A stretch of 64,000 nt of DNA from a virus. Shown here in pieces: positions 17,347-26,446 of this stretch (positions are counted from its first letter, which is position 1; each line of letters starts with the position of its first letter). The position numbers were made by a program, and so were the translations under genes. The stretch lies in the IMG/VR virus record IMGVR_UViG_3300027644_000004, positions 28,256 through 92,255 of that record; one strand, written 5' to 3'. Below the pieces are notes generated by a model. The model did not search any database. It was not told where the DNA came from and saw nothing but the letters and a program-made list of their open reading frames with translations.

Positions 17347-18399
17347 ATGATGAAACGGCTGATTGTAACCGCAGTGGCAGTGATGTGCTTGGCCGCTCCT
17401 GCCACTGCCTCAACCCCAGAGCACCTTGGCCTGGCCATCACAATAGGACAGTGGATAATTAAAAATTCCAAGCGTGTGTACTATGTGCAGGTTGAGGCTA
17501 GAGGACGTACACAAGAAGAAGCACGCCGCAATGGATTTGCACTGGCAGTGGGACAGGCCATTGGCACACTGATACTAGTCGAACGAGAATCTGCCCATCA
17601 GGTGCTGACCAAGAATGAAATTGCCAGCTACAGCAGTGGCTACGTGGACAATTTTAAAATTGTTGACTCTCGAATTGATGCCGGCGACACTTTTGTGACC
17701 ATGGATGTGTGGGTATCGCACAGTGCCATTGCCACCAGAGTCTTGGGCAAGTCCGAAACAGCAGGCCGAGTAGAAGGCGGCCGAATTGCCGCACAGTTGC
17801 AAACTCTCCAGCAGGAACGCTCTTCTGCAGACCAAGTACTACGCCTGGTGCTGGCAGATTTTCCACGCAAGGCCTTTGTGGTTGAAATGGACAAAACACG
17901 AGTTGTGTACGACCGTAATCGCACTGGACAGCTAGAAGTGGCATTTTATCTATCCTGGGACAAAAGATACATTGAAAGCATGGCCGAAGCTGTGACTGCC
18001 ATAAACCAACGCTCAGATTGTGGTGGCCTATTTGGGTGCAGAGATGTTGCATCTCGTGTGGATGTGGAACGTGCCGGATTTGGTACTACCACACAGGCCT
18101 GGTTCAATGACACAGTGGCCGAACAGATGATTCGTCGGGAAATGATCCAGAGCAGACCGGCCATACGTGTGGCCATAGTAGACACCGCAGGAAATGAGCA
18201 GTTCAAGCAGTGTTTTTTTGCCAAAGAACTGGACCAACGCGACTATTCTGCTTGGTACTATGTAAACGTTGGCCACAACACAACCGCCATCAACGGCAAA
18301 GCAGTGAAAAGATTCAATACATTTGTTGACCTTAGTCAGGTTCCGGTAGCCAATTTAGATCAGGTCACAGTGTCTGTAGTTCGCGCATCCGGTTGTTAA
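17347..18399 (+). CDS. exported protein with FlgT-N/LPP20-like domain
   Basis: Signal peptide; VEARG.T.EEAR.N....AV.QAIG..I..E...I.SYSSGYV..F.I. Confidence 0.6.
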   Translation: MMKRLIVTAVAVMCLAAPATASTPEHLGLAITIGQWIIKNSKRVYYVQVEARGRTQEEARRNGFALAVGQAIGTLILVERESAHQVLTKNEIASYSSGYVDNFKIVDSRIDAGDTFVTMDVWVSHSAIATRVLGKSETAGRVEGGRIAAQLQTLQQERSSADQVLRLVLADFPRKAFVVEMDKTRVVYDRNRTGQLEVAFYLSWDKRYIESMAEAVTAINQRSDCGGLFGCRDVASRVDVERAGFGTTTQAWFNDTVAEQMIRREMIQSRPAIRVAIVDTAGNEQFKQCFFAKELDQRDYSAWYYVNVGHNTTAINGKAVKRFNTFVDLSQVPVANLDQVTVSVVRASGC

Positions 18400-18427
18400 T
18401 TCATGGCAACACTGTTGCCATAAGTAG

Positions 18428-18456
18428 TTGCATCACTGGCATTTTAGCAGTATAAT
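18428..18456 (+). promoter_or_regulatory. sigma70 promoter (preceded by hairpin 18403-18421)
   Basis: TTGCAT-N17-TATAAT. Confidence 0.65.
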
Positions 18457-18485
18457 ACTTAATAACACTTACATTGGATTAAATC

Positions 18486-19061
18486 ATGGCGGTACAGCAA
18501 GATTTTGACACGATAAAAGACCACACACAAGCCCTGGCCGATAATGGCATGTATGTCTTTATGGGCGCAGTTGATCACGAAAGCATAAAGCCTGCAATCG
18601 AATGGATACTACACGAAAACTTTGTTGCAAAGAAAAAACGCAAAGAACTCTTGTTGATGATCTGTAGTGAAGGCGGGGACATGGGTGCTGCCTTTGCCTT
18701 GATTGACGTGATGCGCAGTTCCAATATCTTTATCAAAACAGTGGGCCTGGGGCAGATTGCAAGTGCAGGACTATTGATCTTTTTGGCCGGATCGCCAGGA
18801 CGCAGAACCCTGACACCCAACACCAGTATCATGAGTCATCAGTATGCCTGGGGCAATGATGGCAAACATCACGAATTAATGGCCACTCTCAAAGAGTTTG
18901 ACCTCACGCAAAAACGCATGGTAGCGCATTATATACAGTGTACAGGATTGAGTGAAGAAGAAATCAAGCTGACTCTATTACCAGCACATGATGTATATCT
19001 CAGTGCAGAAGAAGCCCTGAAGCTGGGCATCTGCGACAACATCTCTGTGTTGAATCGTTAA
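18486..19061 (+). CDS. ClpP-family protease (divergent paralog)
   Basis: CSEGGD, QIASAG (Ser), MSHQ (His), DVYLSAEEALKLGICD. Confidence 0.9.
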   Translation: MAVQQDFDTIKDHTQALADNGMYVFMGAVDHESIKPAIEWILHENFVAKKKRKELLLMICSEGGDMGAAFALIDVMRSSNIFIKTVGLGQIASAGLLIFLAGSPGRRTLTPNTSIMSHQYAWGNDGKHHELMATLKEFDLTQKRMVAHYIQCTGLSEEEIKLTLLPAHDVYLSAEEALKLGICDNISVLNR

Positions 19062-19804
19062 TTTTTCAATCCGGCATTTTTTAATATGCTAGACAATTCA
19101 ACAGATTCATTAAACTCTTGCTCAATATTAATTGGTTTGCCGCCGATTGTGACTTGTATTGTGAAACCTGGACGACTTCGATCAATAAACTTTTGCATAT
19201 CAGCAACTTGTTTTGCAATTTCTAATTTTAATTTATCTGCTGAGTATTTGCGTTTATCAAATGAAATATTTTGTTCTGGATAATCCGGATGCTTTGGATT
19301 GATCATTTTAATTGATACTTCGTTGGCATCTCTGTCAGTCTTGCCTTTTTCCCATTCGGCACTGTGTTGTGCTTGAGATTGGGCCGCAGCCTTGCCTTCT
19401 GGAGAATTATTCCAGCGTTCCATATCCTTTTTATATTCAGCATAGATATCGTTGGCAACATTAAATCCTTGATCTTCAAGATATCCAGTTATGTTATCTT
19501 GAATAAAGTCATCAATGCTCATGTATGCTTCTCTACCAGCTTCCATGCCTTTGTTCAAAAATGCTTTTGCTATTTGATCTATGTCAGCGGCGTCGCTGTC
19601 ATTTTGTGATGTTAGATCTGATTTAACATCAACACCATCAGCACTAATGTCTGAATGGCCAGCGGCGTATAAATCTGCAAATTTTTGTATTGCTACACCG
19701 TAGGCGTATGGACCGTTGCCGTCATTGCCGCCCGGAGCAAATTCGTTTAACTCTCTTGCAAGATTTCTTTCTGTTTCGGTAACGTAGTCTCTGAAAGTTT
19801 TCAT
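19058..19804 (-). CDS. late protein with capsid-targeting-like N-terminus (probable internal head protein)
   Basis: MKTFRDYVTE resembles the T4 internal-protein CTS (MKTYQEFIAE); exact TATAAATA just upstream. Confidence 0.6.
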   Translation of the reverse strand: MKTFRDYVTETERNLARELNEFAPGGNDGNGPYAYGVAIQKFADLYAAGHSDISADGVDVKSDLTSQNDSDAADIDQIAKAFLNKGMEAGREAYMSIDDFIQDNITGYLEDQGFNVANDIYAEYKKDMERWNNSPEGKAAAQSQAQHSAEWEKGKTDRDANEVSIKMINPKHPDYPEQNISFDKRKYSADKLKLEIAKQVADMQKFIDRSRPGFTIQVTIGGKPINIEQEFNESVELSSILKNAGLKN

Positions 19805-19819
19805 ATTATTATTTATATT

Positions 19820-21397
19820 TTATCGTTGGCGTGGGCGCCCCAGCGATTTTTTATTCCCCAATTGTTTGGGTGTTTCAACTCCGCCGGCTGCCGCAGTGAC
19901 GTCTGATCGTTGCTGACCAAAGTTGTTGAGTCGGTCAGGATCTGGTTTATAATCAACAATATCGTTTTCACCAGTTGAGTCTGTGTTGGCAACTTTCTTG
20001 GGATCCTTGTTGATGTTGAACACCAACTTGCCACCGGAGCTGGCAGTTGAACTGTAGCTTTTTTGTGCTTCCAGTGTCACTTCGGTAAACAACTTGCTGG
20101 GCCATATTGTGTTGAATCCTTCGATGATAAACTCGTCGCCCTTTTGCTTGGCTTCAGTATACATCTGCACAAAGGCCGAGTTGTTCAAGATATCAGCTGC
20201 CGCTTCTGAAAAATTGGTCTCAGTGTTGATTTTGTTGACCACTGTGTACGCAATACTGGACACCATGTGATTGAGTGGAACTACTTTACTAGCGTCGGCT
20301 GCGGTACGATCTTTGTATAATTTTTTTAAATTTTTACTGATGGGCACTGTGTCAATGTCAAAGTTGCTGGCATCATAGTCTTTCAAACTCATGACCTGAG
20401 CAATTTCGGCAGGCTTAATGATCTCAAACTGTACAGCTAAATTTAATGGACCTGAGTCGTGACTGCCTTTGTTAATAGTTTCCAGTATGTCAATAACGTC
20501 GGCGTACTGTTCTCCAAACTGTGTTAGGCCAGCCTTTTCAAGTTCGCGCACACTGGTCAACAGGTTAACTGAAGATGCCATGGCGCCTTTGGCACCTTTA
20601 CTGGACAGTTTGATCTGTGAGTTATTAGGATTGACCAATAGGCTGTCATACAGCTCGCCACTGACGCCTTGGTTGAAACTGACCACACAGTTACTAAAGC
20701 CCTGTTGTCCCATGAACGTTGCGGCAGCCTTTGCCGCGTTGCCTTTGACCGGTAACCCATTGATCAACACAATGGGCTGTAGCATTTCGCAGAAGTAATC
20801 ACGGAATCCTTTAAAATCCATCTTGCCAGCAGGCACAGCAATGGGGAAGTTCTTTGCACCGGCAATTATGACCGCGGCCTGATACTCGCTGCTGTTCTGA
20901 CCAAACTTGTCGCTGATCTGTGCTAGTATTGATGCTGGGGTCTGGTTCTTGAATTTTGTCAACACATCACTGGGCTTGTAGCCGGCTTTTTCTTTGGAGC
21001 CACGAGCGCCAGCTTGACTAAAGTTGCCGGGAATATCCTTGGTCTGGAAGAACGTGTTCTTTTCACGCACTGACTTGATGTCCTGTGCAAACTTGACCAG
21101 GTAGCGTCGACCCACAGCAGTGTCAAATGCCGCAACAGCAAACGCACCCATTCTATTGGTAGGTTGGTTGACCATTTCAATTGGATGTTTGACCTGTTTC
21201 TGTACCTTGTCAAACACTGCCATCATTTCTTCTGTGCTGTTGTAGGCACCCACTGTGGGGTAAAAAGTTAAATCTGAGAATGTAATAACATCGTCCGCGG
21301 TGTCGCCGCCAACACGGTTAAATGTTTCGCCTGGCGCCCGGGCACTTAGTCCACGTGCTTCGGATAGGCTATCTAGTAAATCAAGTAGGTCACGCAT
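19820..21397 (-). CDS. large late protein, possible internal head protein with PD-(D/E)xK-like motifs
   Basis: MRDLLDLLDSLSE|A N-terminus; YFCE...LYDSLL...IKLSSK; TAAGTA at 21423-21428 on the minus strand. Confidence 0.55.
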   Translation of the reverse strand: MRDLLDLLDSLSEARGLSARAPGETFNRVGGDTADDVITFSDLTFYPTVGAYNSTEEMMAVFDKVQKQVKHPIEMVNQPTNRMGAFAVAAFDTAVGRRYLVKFAQDIKSVREKNTFFQTKDIPGNFSQAGARGSKEKAGYKPSDVLTKFKNQTPASILAQISDKFGQNSSEYQAAVIIAGAKNFPIAVPAGKMDFKGFRDYFCEMLQPIVLINGLPVKGNAAKAAATFMGQQGFSNCVVSFNQGVSGELYDSLLVNPNNSQIKLSSKGAKGAMASSVNLLTSVRELEKAGLTQFGEQYADVIDILETINKGSHDSGPLNLAVQFEIIKPAEIAQVMSLKDYDASNFDIDTVPISKNLKKLYKDRTAADASKVVPLNHMVSSIAYTVVNKINTETNFSEAAADILNNSAFVQMYTEAKQKGDEFIIEGFNTIWPSKLFTEVTLEAQKSYSSTASSGGKLVFNINKDPKKVANTDSTGENDIVDYKPDPDRLNNFGQQRSDVTAAAGGVETPKQLGNKKSLGRPRQR

Positions 21398-21461
21398 GGT
21401 GTATTCTTTTTCCGTTGTTGTTTACTTATCATAAATCAATATATGAATGGCAAATTTAACA

Positions 21462-21490
21462 TTGCACACAACAGGTTTACGTGTTATAAT
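21462..21490 (+). promoter_or_regulatory. sigma70 promoter for clpP
   Basis: TTGCAC-N17-TATAAT. Confidence 0.65.
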
Positions 21491-21523
21491 TGCAACATCA
21501 ATTGCATATAACAAGGAAATTTC

Positions 21524-22147
21524 ATGCCCAATTTAGTACCCATTGTTCTAGAACAAACTGCCAAGGGTGAGCGCAGTTATGACATCTACAGTAGACTGCT
21601 TCGCGACCGTGTGATCATGCTGGACACCGAAGTTAGTGAACACACAGCCAGTTTAATTGTGGCACAGATGTTGTTTTTGGAAAGTGAAAATCCCGACAAA
21701 GACATCAGTTTTTATATCAACAGTCCCGGCGGTGCAGTCACAGCTGGGTTGGCCATCTACGACACCATGCAGTTTATCAAGTGTGACGTGCAGACCATTG
21801 TGATGGGCCAAGCCGCTAGCATGGGTTCGTTATTGGCGCAGGCCGGCGCACCAGGCAAACGAATGGTGCTGCCAGAAGCACGTACAATGATTCACCGAGT
21901 GAGTTCAGGCACTCCGGGCACACGTGGATCAGTTCATGTGCAGGATCTACAGTTTGAAGATAGCAAACGCATGTTTGAAGAAAGTGTGCGCATCAACCAA
22001 CGCTTGACCGAACTGTATGTTAAACACAACACCGCCGGTAAGACCTATGAAGAACTGTACGAAACTATGAAGTTTGATACCTTCTTGAGTGCCCAACAAG
22101 CAGTTGACTTTGGTCTTGCTGACCGGATTATTGCAAAAAGACAGTGA
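21524..22147 (+). CDS. clpP: ATP-dependent Clp protease proteolytic subunit (host-like)
   Basis: [58 protein letters not shown]. Confidence 0.97.
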   Translation: MPNLVPIVLEQTAKGERSYDIYSRLLRDRVIMLDTEVSEHTASLIVAQMLFLESENPDKDISFYINSPGGAVTAGLAIYDTMQFIKCDVQTIVMGQAASMGSLLAQAGAPGKRMVLPEARTMIHRVSSGTPGTRGSVHVQDLQFEDSKRMFEESVRINQRLTELYVKHNTAGKTYEELYETMKFDTFLSAQQAVDFGLADRIIAKRQ

Positions 22148-23445
22148 TGTCCTTGGAAAAGAATTTTTGTTCAAGTCCGTGGTTCCATATGAGAATCACC
22201 AACTCGGGCACCTATGAAGCCTGCAGGTGGATGTCCAAACACAGCAAGTCTCAAGTTAATTTTAACAACAGCATACAGACCACATCTCCGTTGACGTATT
22301 TTCAAAAAGGCATGTCCGAGTTAAGAACATCCTTGTTGGAAGGCCATGCTCCTGACATGTGCAATGACTGTTATACCATGGAGCAATACAACAAAATCAG
22401 CGGCCGACAACGGCAGTTGCTAAAGGTTGGAGTTCAGGAGCAACACTTTGAAAAAAGTCTAGCCAGTTCTACGTTGAAATCAGATTTTGATTACAGCAAT
22501 CTCAATCAAGGCCATACCACCCGGCATGCAACTGACTGGCAAATTGATCTGGGAAATTATTGCAACGGAGCATGTGTTTTTTGCAGTCCCACAAGTAGCA
22601 GTAGATTAGCTGCCGAATTCCAAAAACTTGGCCTGATTGACCAAGCGCCGCCGCCGTCCTGGTGCGATGATCCCAACTTGGTTGAGCAATTTGTACATGC
22701 ATTGACCAATAGCACCAATCTGCAATACCTGCATTTCATTGGCGGCGAAACGTTGATCACGCCAGGATTTAAAAAAATATTGACTGCTCTGGTCAATGCA
22801 GACTTGGCCAAAGCGATCACCATTGGATTCACCACCAATCTCACAGTTTGGGCAGACGACGTTGTTGAATTATTAAAACAATTTGGTCAAATAAATTTGG
22901 GTATGAGTGTAGAAACTCTGACTCCGGTCAATGACTATGTGCGCTATCCCAGCCAGCGTGACCAAACACAAGAATTGTTGGATCGTTGGGTAGCTTTGGG
23001 CAGACAACAAGATTGGTTGATACAACTCAGAATCACTCCCACTTGTTTAACTGTGCATGAACTGCACTCAGTTTATGACTATGCCTGGCAAAATAACATT
23101 GCTGTGGAAAGTTGCAATTTTCTTAGCAATCCTGAATTTTTTCGTATTGGTGTCTTGCCACCGGAATATAGAAACCGTGTAATAGAGACTCTTGACAATT
23201 GGATTCAAAGTCATTGCACTGTTGCTACACAACAAATTATCAACACACGAGATCCAAATGTTGCTCAAAGTCAAATTTTACAAGACGCAGAAAGCTATTT
23301 GAATTATTTAAAATCTGTCGCAGACGAAAGTCATAGATTGTGCGACCTTGTTGATTATTTAAAACGTTTGGAATCAAATCGCGGCAACAGCATTTTGACT
23401 TATCTACCCCAATATGAACACCTATTCCAATCTGCAGGATATTGA
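22144..23445 (+). CDS. radical SAM protein with N-terminal Cys cluster (SPASM/twitch-like)
   Basis: CNGACVFC (CxxxCxxC), FIGGET, TTNLT, N-terminal FCSSPW...C...CNDC. Confidence 0.88.
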   Translation: MMSLEKNFCSSPWFHMRITNSGTYEACRWMSKHSKSQVNFNNSIQTTSPLTYFQKGMSELRTSLLEGHAPDMCNDCYTMEQYNKISGRQRQLLKVGVQEQHFEKSLASSTLKSDFDYSNLNQGHTTRHATDWQIDLGNYCNGACVFCSPTSSSRLAAEFQKLGLIDQAPPPSWCDDPNLVEQFVHALTNSTNLQYLHFIGGETLITPGFKKILTALVNADLAKAITIGFTTNLTVWADDVVELLKQFGQINLGMSVETLTPVNDYVRYPSQRDQTQELLDRWVALGRQQDWLIQLRITPTCLTVHELHSVYDYAWQNNIAVESCNFLSNPEFFRIGVLPPEYRNRVIETLDNWIQSHCTVATQQIINTRDPNVAQSQILQDAESYLNYLKSVADESHRLCDLVDYLKRLESNRGNSILTYLPQYEHLFQSAGY

Positions 23446-23839
23446 TTCTCGTTTGCAGTTGCATATTGAGCTGGAGCCTGTGGGAACTCCGGATGTCACT
23501 GTGTCTGTCAATGGTTTTGCAAATCATTATCCCAAACTAGCCAACAACATTGCATTGGATTACCGTGTTGGGTTGCTTGATCTGTTTTCGATCGACATTG
23601 AATTACGCAACAAACACTATACCACTGAATATGAAACTGCTGTTGTGATTTGTAAATTATCCATAGACAACATTGAGTTGGTCCCCAAGTATGATTGTCT
23701 AGCCGAATATCATAACGATCACAACAATAATAATCCCACCAACTACCTGGGATTCAATGGCAGGTGGACGTTGACATTCGACCGTCCTTTTTACCATTGG
23801 CTACACCAACATTCTGGTCATGGTTGGCTAATCATTTGA
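23414..23839 (+). CDS. hypothetical protein (family related to 44563-45060)
   Basis: IEL.NK...I.KL.ID...LGFNG.W.L.FD.PF..WL pattern. Confidence 0.65.
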   Translation: MNTYSNLQDIDSRLQLHIELEPVGTPDVTVSVNGFANHYPKLANNIALDYRVGLLDLFSIDIELRNKHYTTEYETAVVICKLSIDNIELVPKYDCLAEYHNDHNNNNPTNYLGFNGRWTLTFDRPFYHWLHQHSGHGWLII

Positions 23840-23864
23840 CCATTAAATTGTTTCAGTGTAAAAT
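23836..23864 (+). promoter_or_regulatory. sigma70 promoter reading into a non-coding palindromic repeat
   Basis: TTGACC-N17-TAAAAT. Confidence 0.65.
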
Positions 23865-23876
23865 ACCCAGTTAATA

Positions 23877-23909
23877 ATCGATAATATTATCGATAATATT
23901 ATCGATAAT
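23877..23909. repeat. tandem palindromic 12-bp repeat (ATCGATAATATT) x2.75
   Basis: ATCGATAATATTATCGATAATATTATCGATAAT read directly from the sequence. Confidence 0.9.
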
Positions 23910-23913
23910 CCCC

Positions 23914-23942
23914 AGGTAATACTCAAGTATTACCTTTTTTTT
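23914..23942 (+). terminator. hairpin plus T-run (terminator and/or TAATAC-N4-GTATTA site)
   Basis: AGGTAATAC-TCAA-GTATTACCT followed by a T-run. Confidence 0.6.
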
Positions 23943-23997
23943 GTGGCTTTTTTGCCACAAAATACAAGTTGACCCGAAATTCCTATTTTGCTATAAT
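23942..23997 (+). promoter_or_regulatory. palindromic site TGTGGC-N6-GCCACA plus sigma70 promoter (leaderless transcript)
   Basis: Palindrome 23942-23959; TTGACC 23969; TATAAT 23992; ATG 24004. Confidence 0.8.
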
Positions 23998-24003
23998 ACT
24001 TGT

Positions 24004-24342
24004 ATGGAACTTAAAAAGCAATCACGTAAAAAGCGCACAGACCGCACTCACATCATTTACATGATTGAGTCGGATGCAGACTTCTACATTGGTGTCACTG
24101 CCAAGACAATGGGCACTGTGAAGAAGAGTGTTTTGGTTCGTTGCAACAAACACCTGTACCGCATGCGCACAGAAGACAAGAGCTGGATGTTGTATGAGAC
24201 CATGCGTGAGCGTGGTACTGACTCATTCACTGTTCGTGTCATGGCTGTGGTTCGTGGCAAAGCAGAAGCACATACGTTTGAACGCGATTTGATCCGTACA
24301 ATGAAGCCCAACCTTAACACAGACATTCGTGGTGTTGCGTAA
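24004..24342 (+). CDS. GIY-YIG-like endonuclease domain protein
   Basis: HIIY...FYIGVT...R..KH...E..LI....P.LN. Confidence 0.7.
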   Translation: MELKKQSRKKRTDRTHIIYMIESDADFYIGVTAKTMGTVKKSVLVRCNKHLYRMRTEDKSWMLYETMRERGTDSFTVRVMAVVRGKAEAHTFERDLIRTMKPNLNTDIRGVA

Positions 24343-24360
24343 ACGCCACAGAAAGAACAT

Positions 24361-24501
24361 ATGAAACAAGTCGTTATTTCTGTAATTTTACTGAGTTTTG
24401 TCACAGTGGCATCTGCTCAAAAACCGCGTTGTTTAAAATGGACTTGGTACAACACCGGCGGCGTGCAAAAAACTGTATGCCTGCTCTGGGAAAAACGCTA
24501 A
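24361..24501 (+). CDS. 46-aa secreted Cys-paired peptide (not in ORF track)
   Basis: MKQVVISVILLSFVTVASA|QKPRCLKWTWYNTGGVQKTVCLLWEKR*; fills the gap between two genes. Confidence 0.6.
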   Translation: MKQVVISVILLSFVTVASAQKPRCLKWTWYNTGGVQKTVCLLWEKR

Positions 24502-24506
24502 AACGG

Positions 24507-24535
24507 TTGACCCGAAATTGCCATTTTGCTATAAT
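24507..24535 (+). promoter_or_regulatory. sigma70 promoter
   Basis: TTGACC-N17-TATAAT, near-identical to the promoter at 23969. Confidence 0.85.
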
Positions 24536-24565
24536 ACTTGTATAGAAACTAAAAAGGAGCCCCAA

Positions 24566-24844
24566 ATGAAAGCACTGAAAACCTACATCGACAACAAGAA
24601 CAAATACCAAGCCCTGTTCCGTGGCCAGCGCACCGAAGCTCTGTACGAAGTGCAGACTGCCGCAGGTCGCAAGCGTGTGGCAGAAACAATTGACTGTGCC
24701 CTTAGCCCCGAGAATCTTTCATGCGATGGCGAACTGCCTCGTGCAGAAGTGAACCGTCGCTATCGTGAACTCACAGCGGCCGCAAAGGATCTGATCCGAT
24801 TGGACCCTAGCATGGCTCAGTACATGTACGAATTCTCGGAGTAA
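24566..24844 (+). CDS. hypothetical early protein
   Basis: AAGGAG SD; LSPENLSCDGEL motif. Confidence 0.75.
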   Translation: MKALKTYIDNKNKYQALFRGQRTEALYEVQTAAGRKRVAETIDCALSPENLSCDGELPRAEVNRRYRELTAAAKDLIRLDPSMAQYMYEFSE

Positions 24845-24848
24845 GAAC

Positions 24849-25073
24849 ATGCATCAAAACGTACAAAAACTCATCAACGATTATCAGACAATTCTGGACC
24901 GAGATCCCTTGGATCAGATGGAAGACACTCAGAGCATTCTTGCTAGATTTGCACAAGACTTGGCCACAGAACTGGGCGAGATTGTTGTTGCAGATCCGGT
25001 CAAGGACGGCGTTCGCATGTACTTTGACGAAAAGATTGCTCGCTATGTAATCAAGCAAAGCGTTGGGTTGTAA
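24849..25073 (+). CDS. hypothetical protein
   Basis: Operon spacing; no competing ORF. Confidence 0.65.
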   Translation: MHQNVQKLINDYQTILDRDPLDQMEDTQSILARFAQDLATELGEIVVADPVKDGVRMYFDEKIARYVIKQSVGL

Positions 25074-25121
25074 AAACGCAACACAGTTTTGGTTGACCAA
25101 TAATTGCCAATTTGCTATAAT
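25066..25121 (+). promoter_or_regulatory. palindromic site plus sigma70 promoter
   Basis: GGTTGT-AAAAAC-GCAACA 25066-25083; TTGACC 25093; TATAAT 25116. Confidence 0.8.
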
Positions 25122-25151
25122 AGAAGTATAGTAAGAAACAAGGAGCCACAA

Positions 25152-25517
25152 ATGGAACAGTTTAAAAGTTGGGAAGAGTTGAGCGAGCTTGAGCAGGCAC
25201 AGGCCACCTTTTGGGACATGTACAAGGATGCCCACAACTTCCGCCCACGTCACATTGACACCAGCACTTGGACCTTGGCTGACTTTGATCGCGAGTTCAC
25301 AGAACTGGGCCGAATCATGGAAGACAACCATGTGGCTGAGAAGATTGCCCAAGACGCGGCTGTAGAAATATTTGAACGCCGCATGGCAGAGATGATCAGC
25401 TTAGGTGCCAAGGACCTGGAGATGGCCATGCGTTGGATTCACGAAGCCGAAGAGACTCATGGTGACAACGACTACTTGGCCTGGACCCTGGGCTTGCCCT
25501 ACAGATATTTTGCCTAA
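25152..25517 (+). CDS. hypothetical early protein
   Basis: AAGGAG SD; WDMYKDAH.FRPR motif common in phage early genes. Confidence 0.8.
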   Translation: MEQFKSWEELSELEQAQATFWDMYKDAHNFRPRHIDTSTWTLADFDREFTELGRIMEDNHVAEKIAQDAAVEIFERRMAEMISLGAKDLEMAMRWIHEAEETHGDNDYLAWTLGLPYRYFA

Positions 25518-25529
25518 TCGGAGACAGAT

Positions 25530-25766
25530 ATGAATACAGGTTACAAGGTAGAGTACAACGGTTGTGAATACGAAGTTGAACATGGCGATGCATTTGATCG
25601 CGGTTCAGCCGACAGCTATTATGGCCGCAGTCGCAGGCCACACCGGGGTGGTGTAGGTGGTGACTCGGGTCCTTTAAAGTTAGACCTCACCCCGCAAGAG
25701 ATTGCAGACTACATGGCCGGTTACGACTGGAACGAAGCTAACGGTGATAAGAAAGATTGGAATTAA
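25530..25766 (+). CDS. hypothetical protein
   Basis: GGAG SD; HG..FDRGSADSYYGR...EI..Y.AGY motif. Confidence 0.75.
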   Translation: MNTGYKVEYNGCEYEVEHGDAFDRGSADSYYGRSRRPHRGGVGGDSGPLKLDLTPQEIADYMAGYDWNEANGDKKDWN

Positions 25767-25767
25767 T

Positions 25768-25944
25768 ATGAGTGCAATGAGTAATTTATCTTTGGAAATT
25801 TCTGACATGTTGGAAGCCGGCTACTTGCCTGTGACCATTGCTAGGATGCTGGAAGTGCCGATCAACTGGGTTTACGAAACTGCCGAAGCAGAAGCACAAG
25901 ACCCCGCTGACGAACTCAGCCCTTTTCAAACCATTAACTCCTGA
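25768..25944 (+). CDS. small HTH-like hypothetical protein
   Basis: L.AGY.P..IA..LEVP..WV. Confidence 0.6.
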   Translation: MSAMSNLSLEISDMLEAGYLPVTIARMLEVPINWVYETAEAEAQDPADELSPFQTINS

Positions 25945-25954
25945 GGAAATTGCA

Positions 25955-26086
25955 ATGACTAAACTGCAATATGTTATTGTCAGCCTGGTATTGATCACTG
26001 TCACAGGCTGTGGCACGGTAGGTGGCGCTGTGAGTGGTGCAGGTCAAGACTTGTCCAAAGCTGGCGAGTGGATACGTACACGATGA
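25955..26086 (+). CDS. entericidin EcnA/B-like lipoprotein
   Basis: Lipobox VTGC followed by GTVGG..GAGQDL.KAG. Confidence 0.7.
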   Translation: MTKLQYVIVSLVLITVTGCGTVGGAVSGAGQDLSKAGEWIRTR

Positions 26087-26427
26087 AAGTTCTGCAGGAA
26101 ACCACTGACTGGGGCAATACTACAAGCCCCAACCATGTGTACTTTTTAAACGACAGCCGCGACAAGATGTTTGCCTACGTCCAGCACGGTTCGGTTCGAG
26201 TCAAACAGTTTACTAGACCAATCAGTTTTTACACACGTGGACGCCAGTTTCGAGAAGTGCCAAATACCTGGGGATACGAGCCGGGCCGGGTAGCAGAGCC
26301 CGAAGGCCGTACATGGAAGGTAACAGGATCAAAGGGCGCAGAATACACTGTGACTGAACTGAATGGTCAAGTCACGTGCTCGTGCCCAGGGTTTAAATTT
26401 CGTGGTGCGTGTCGACACGTGACTTGA
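26083..26427 (+). CDS. SWIM zinc finger protein
   Basis: V.GSKG..Y.V...CSCPGF.FRG.CRH. Confidence 0.8.
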   Translation: MKVLQETTDWGNTTSPNHVYFLNDSRDKMFAYVQHGSVRVKQFTRPISFYTRGRQFREVPNTWGYEPGRVAEPEGRTWKVTGSKGAEYTVTELNGQVTCSCPGFKFRGACRHVT

Positions 26428-26446
26428 CCATTGCAATCATAAGATG

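Noticed and set aside
23942-23959. PpsR/CrtJ (TGT-N12-ACA) or CRP sites
   Set aside because: The spacing matches PpsR only in the minimal consensus, the downstream genes are unrelated to photosynthesis, and CRP spacing does not fit. The site is kept as an unassigned palindrome.
16640-25151. Shared N-terminal peptide 'FCYN(T/I)' in ORF-track proteins at 16640, 23941, 24518 and 25104
   Set aside because: It is the translation of the promoter sequence TTTTGCTATAATAC; the real starts are downstream (16700, 24004, 24566, 25152).
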